Positions 60,621 to 64,000 of a DNA stretch of 64,000 nt are shown piece by piece. The notes below the pieces were generated by a model. It saw only the letters and a list, made by a program, of their open reading frames with translations. It had not been told where the DNA came from and searched no databases. Source of the DNA: Candidatus Hydrogenedentota bacterium (GTDB lineage: Bacteria; Hydrogenedentota; Hydrogenedentia; Hydrogenedentales; SLHB01); assembly GCA_045863335.1 (NCBI GenBank), contig BTVY01000037.1, forward strand, positions 1 to 64,000, written 5' to 3'. Made by a program: the position numbers and the translations under genes. Every line of letters begins with the position of its first letter. Positions within the stretch are counted from its first letter, which is position 1.

Positions 60621-60871
60621 GGCAATTCCTGACGTCTTCGTGCGTCTCGATTGTCTTGTACAAAACGCCCTGTCACATGATGATACGGCTGTGAAAGGTG
60701 CTCGGCAGGGCCGCGGCCTGTCCACGAAACCGCGTCGTAGTACGCTTTTGCGTGATCTCTAGCATATACTATTCACCCTTGGCGGTACCAACGGGGCCAT
60801 TTCGGTATCTAAACCTGCCACGGCCAAGACGATATGAATGAGAATAGGCAACCGGTTCAAAACAGGAACAT

Positions 60872-62065
60872 ATGAACGCAGAAATCGTGATGATCGGTAC
60901 CGAGCTGCTCTTGGGACAGATTGTGGATACCAACGCTGCCCACATCGGCCGCACGCTCGGCGAGAACGGCATCAGCCTCTACCAGAAAACGACGGTCGGT
61001 GATAATCGGCAACGGATCGTTCGCGTGCTGGAGTCTGCGCTGGAGCGGGCCGACGTGATTATTACTTCCGGGGGCTTGGGGCCCACCGAAGATGACCTTA
61101 CGCGCGAGGCGGTGGCGGACGTGTTCGGGCGGAAGCTGGAGTATAGGCAGGAGTTGTTCGATGAACTCGTCGCCCGGTTCGCCTCCGTAAAACGTCCCAT
61201 TACCGAGAATAATAAGAAGCAAGCCACGGCGCTGGAGGGGGCGGAGATTATCCCCAACCCCAACGGCACCGCGCCCGGTATCATCTGCGGCGACAGCCGG
61301 GGCGAGGTGATTTGCCTGCCCGGCGTGCCCCTCGAGTTGTACGCCATGCTTGAGGAATCGGTCCTCCCCTACCTTCGGCGGCGCTACGGCCTCAAGGCCG
61401 GCCTCTACCACCGCGTGTTGAAAGTCTGCGGCGTCGGCGAATCCTGGGTGGACTCCCGCATGGGGGATCTGATGGCAAGCCTCGAAAACCCGACGATCGG
61501 CGTCCTCGCCTCTCCGGAATGGGTGCGCATCCGCATTACGGCCCGCGCGGAGTCCGAGGAGGAAGCGCGGGAACTACTGGAACCCGTCGAGCAGGCCGTT
61601 CGTGAACGGCTGCCGGGCCTCGTCATGGGCACGGGCGACGACACGCTGGAGGGTGTTGTGGACGGGCTCCTGCAACAGCGAGGTTGGACCCTCGCCGTGG
61701 CCGAGACCTTCACGGGCGGCATGATCGCTCAGCGATTGACCGCCGCCGGAGCCCGCGCGTTCGCCGGCAGCACCGTATTCGCCTGCTCCGGCGCCACGGG
61801 CCGGGGCATGGACGAGCGTGCACGGGATCAGGCCGAGGCTGTTCGCGTTCAGTTTCACGCCACCTGCGGCCTGGGGATCGCGGCCGACCCGGAGTCTCGC
61901 GCCCTCGCCGGCGAGTTCGTCACGCCCGACGGCCGCCACACGTGGACATCCCACTACCGCGACCTCGATCCCTTGAACCAACTTCGCGCCGCGACCATCT
62001 TCATGGAACGCGTACGCCGCGTCCTGGCGGACGTCGACACCGAACACCAGGACGCGAAGGTCTAG
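60872..62065 (+). CDS. cinA: Competence/damage-inducible protein CinA
   Basis: IGTELLLGQIVDTN, VGDN, SGGLGPTEDDLTRE, GTAPG, LPGVP. Degenerate C-terminal PncC domain. Confidence 0.92.
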   Translation: MNAEIVMIGTELLLGQIVDTNAAHIGRTLGENGISLYQKTTVGDNRQRIVRVLESALERADVIITSGGLGPTEDDLTREAVADVFGRKLEYRQELFDELVARFASVKRPITENNKKQATALEGAEIIPNPNGTAPGIICGDSRGEVICLPGVPLELYAMLEESVLPYLRRRYGLKAGLYHRVLKVCGVGESWVDSRMGDLMASLENPTIGVLASPEWVRIRITARAESEEEARELLEPVEQAVRERLPGLVMGTGDDTLEGVVDGLLQQRGWTLAVAETFTGGMIAQRLTAAGARAFAGSTVFACSGATGRGMDERARDQAEAVRVQFHATCGLGIAADPESRALAGEFVTPDGRHTWTSHYRDLDPLNQLRAATIFMERVRRVLADVDTEHQDAKV

Positions 62066-62120
62066 CGGGACCCCGCCCGGCTCACCATCCGGGTCCCGGC
62101 TCCCCTCCCCCGTCCCCGGG

Positions 62121-62149
62121 TTGATTCGGAGCTGGAGATTCGGTATTCT
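62121..62149 (+). promoter_or_regulatory. Putative sigma70 promoter of rlpA
   Basis: TTGATT, 17-bp spacer, TATTCT. Confidence 0.45.
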
Positions 62150-62234
62150 TCCCCGGATGGCGCGGAAGGGTGCAACGATTACCTCCCCCCGAGAGCTTCC
62201 CGCCTCCCGTCCTTGAGAGAAGGAGAACATAACG

Positions 62235-62606
62235 ATGTTCGAAGTACTCGCGCTGATGCTTCTCTCGCATCAGCCGCTGCAACCCGTGGTGCAGGGCGAA
62301 GCCTCGTACTACACCGTGGCTAGCAGCAGTCAAACTACCGCATCCGGTGAAATCCTTGATGACAATGGGTTTACGTGCGCGATGACCGATGGTGAATTTG
62401 GCAATTACTACCTGGTTGTCGCCGACAATGGCCGATCCGTCATCTGCAAGTTGAACGACCGGGGCCCCTACGTGGGCGACCGGGTGATCGACCTGTCGAA
62501 AGCCGCCATGCGGGCCATAAGTCCAAATGCAGGAACGGTTAACGTATCCGTGTACGGACTTGGGCAGAGCATTCCGCCACAACTCATCCGACGTCCCGAA
62601 AGTTAG
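62235..62606 (+). CDS. rlpA: RlpA-like double-psi beta-barrel lytic transglycosylase
   Basis: GEASYY, TASGE, NGRSVICKLNDRGPYVGDRVIDLSKAA. AAGGAG RBS. No SPOR domain. Confidence 0.88.
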   Translation: MFEVLALMLLSHQPLQPVVQGEASYYTVASSSQTTASGEILDDNGFTCAMTDGEFGNYYLVVADNGRSVICKLNDRGPYVGDRVIDLSKAAMRAISPNAGTVNVSVYGLGQSIPPQLIRRPES

Positions 62607-62625
62607 CGCAATTCAGGAATGCCGC

Positions 62626-62657
62626 AATCGGGGCTTCCCACTGGGGAAGCCCCGATT
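62626..62657. terminator. Intrinsic terminator between convergent genes
   Basis: 14-bp stem AATCGGGGCTTCCC/GGGAAGCCCCGATT followed by a T-run. Confidence 0.75.
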
Positions 62658-62679
62658 TTCCTGTGTTGCCCGTCGAGCC

Positions 62680-64000
62680 TTACGCGGCGGGCGGCAGGAC
62701 CGCTTTCACAAAGTCCAGGGCCGCAAGCGTTTCCAATAACTCGACCGGAATCGCGACATATAGCGTGTTCTCTGAGTGCATCTCGGCGACCACCTTGCCT
62801 CCCGCGTCGCGGATCGCTCTGGCCGTTTCCAGGTCTATTTTTTCGACCTTCACAAATACCCGGACTATACCGTTTCGCACCTTCACGACGCCCTCGGTGT
62901 AGTTCCCGTTCCTGACTTTTGCGGCCAAACCACGGAGTTCCGGCGATAGCTTGGAGAGGACGCGCGTTTCAGACTCGGGCAAAACCTCTTGACCAACGGC
63001 CTCGTCCGCCGCGACTTCACCTTCGGACGGCGCCATTGGAGCGCTGGACTCCAACCGTATACCCTTTGACGCGGCCATTGGAGCGGACTGTGGTACCGCA
63101 CCGGCGGCACGACCCATGAGCATCGCGCCGTCGTCCCGGTCGCCAAAGACGCCTTCGTAGCTCACGCCGTCCGGCATCTCAACCGGAACCTGGACCGTCC
63201 GCGGCCGGCCGTTTTCATTCACGACCCGCTCCTCGACGGCCACGAAGCTCGTGTATTGCGTGACGAGCGAGAAGTCGAGGCCAAGGTCGATGATGTCCTG
63301 CTTGATCCCCGGTTTGGGTTGACCGGCCTGCATGCCGAGCCAATCCGCCGCCATCAGCCACTCGATCCGCTGCCGCGCCCACAACGAGGCCAGTACGTCA
63401 TTCGCCGGTTCGTCGCCGGGGAGCGTCACGGGAATCGCACGCTCAAAGGGTCCCTGCGCCGTGTTGCCGCGGATGGTGACGGTGCCTTTGCCCCGGCCGG
63501 TGTAGCGGCCGGTCAGCACGATGGGCTGCGACGCGAACAGGTCGGGAATCGCATTCGGCGCGGGATACAAGTCCGTCACGGGAAGGCCGTCAAATTCGAC
63601 CGAGATATCCGTCAACACCGGACTCTGGATCCGTTCGTGGAACCGCTGGGCGGCTTCGTCGCCGTCCGATTCCAGCGTGATGACTTCAGACGCTCCACGG
63701 CCTTCGCGCCCCATCCCCTCGATGAGGAATCGGTTGACGGAACTGCCAATCCCGAAAGCAAACACCCGCGCCTGGTTCACGTTCCTGCGGATAGCATCGA
63801 GGATCGCCATGTCATTTCCGATGAACCCATCCGTCATGAAACAGACAACCCTCAGCCGTTCGGGGTCGTTCTGGTTGCCCAACGCCGCATGGATGGCCTG
63901 CATCATTTCCGTGCCACCGCCGCCTTCCAGGTTCGCGAGGTACTCGAGCGCCTTAGCGCGGTTCTGGTTCGTATTCGGCACCGCTCGGTCGAAGCAGTAC
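62680..64000 (-). CDS. vWA domain protein (VIT/vWA type), 5' end outside the window
   Basis: GGGGTEM, FMTDG, FAFGIGSSVNRFL, SPVLTDI, LWARQRI, LVTQYTSFVAVEE. Confidence 0.88.
   Translation of the reverse strand, partial: YCFDRAVPNTNQNRAKALEYLANLEGGGGTEMMQAIHAALGNQNDPERLRVVCFMTDGFIGNDMAILDAIRRNVNQARVFAFGIGSSVNRFLIEGMGREGRGASEVITLESDGDEAAQRFHERIQSPVLTDISVEFDGLPVTDLYPAPNAIPDLFASQPIVLTGRYTGRGKGTVTIRGNTAQGPFERAIPVTLPGDEPANDVLASLWARQRIEWLMAADWLGMQAGQPKPGIKQDIIDLGLDFSLVTQYTSFVAVEERVVNENGRPRTVQVPVEMPDGVSYEGVFGDRDDGAMLMGRAAGAVPQSAPMAASKGIRLESSAPMAPSEGEVAADEAVGQEVLPESETRVLSKLSPELRGLAAKVRNGNYTEGVVKVRNGIVRVFVKVEKIDLETARAIRDAGGKVVAEMHSENTLYVAIPVELLETLAALDFVKAVLPPAA

Overview
GC-rich bacterial chromosomal window from a diderm organism. 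Sulfatases, a DUF1501-DUF1549/1553-cytochrome c/WD40 operon and TamAB suggest a PVC-like or Candidatus Hydrogenedentota lineage (inference only). Left part: an ECF sigma factor with a membrane partner fused to a beta-lactamase-fold serine hydrolase, a BchE-like B12-radical SAM gene with a palindromic operator, a dense cluster of palindromic repeats, and a two-gene Gabija-type defence system. Next come two Tat-exported sulfatases, one carrying in-frame insertions of intergenic repeat DNA. A 7.0-kb Rrf2-regulated sulfate-uptake island sits at the 3' end of tamB, bounded by a 173-bp direct repeat, with no integrase. Further right: tamAB; a cluster of two stand-alone MshEN proteins and a large 77-aa-repeat coiled-coil/TM/LRR protein; the DUF1501 operon; a PAS-GGDEF cyclase; an EIIA / EIIA-CBS / NhaD-like transporter operon; a dynamin-like gene; gpsA; a GH13 enzyme; cinA; rlpA; and a partial vWA gene. 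The most novel-looking signals are (1) two unlinked small ORFs sharing an M-x-H-x4-TK-x2/3-P-x2-A N-terminus, one of them missing from the supplied ORF track, (2) the integrase-less island at tamB, (3) repeat DNA translated inside a sulfatase, and (4) the coiled-coil/MshEN cluster. No rRNA, tRNA or CRISPR array was seen. All domain calls come from motif recognition by eye, not database searches.
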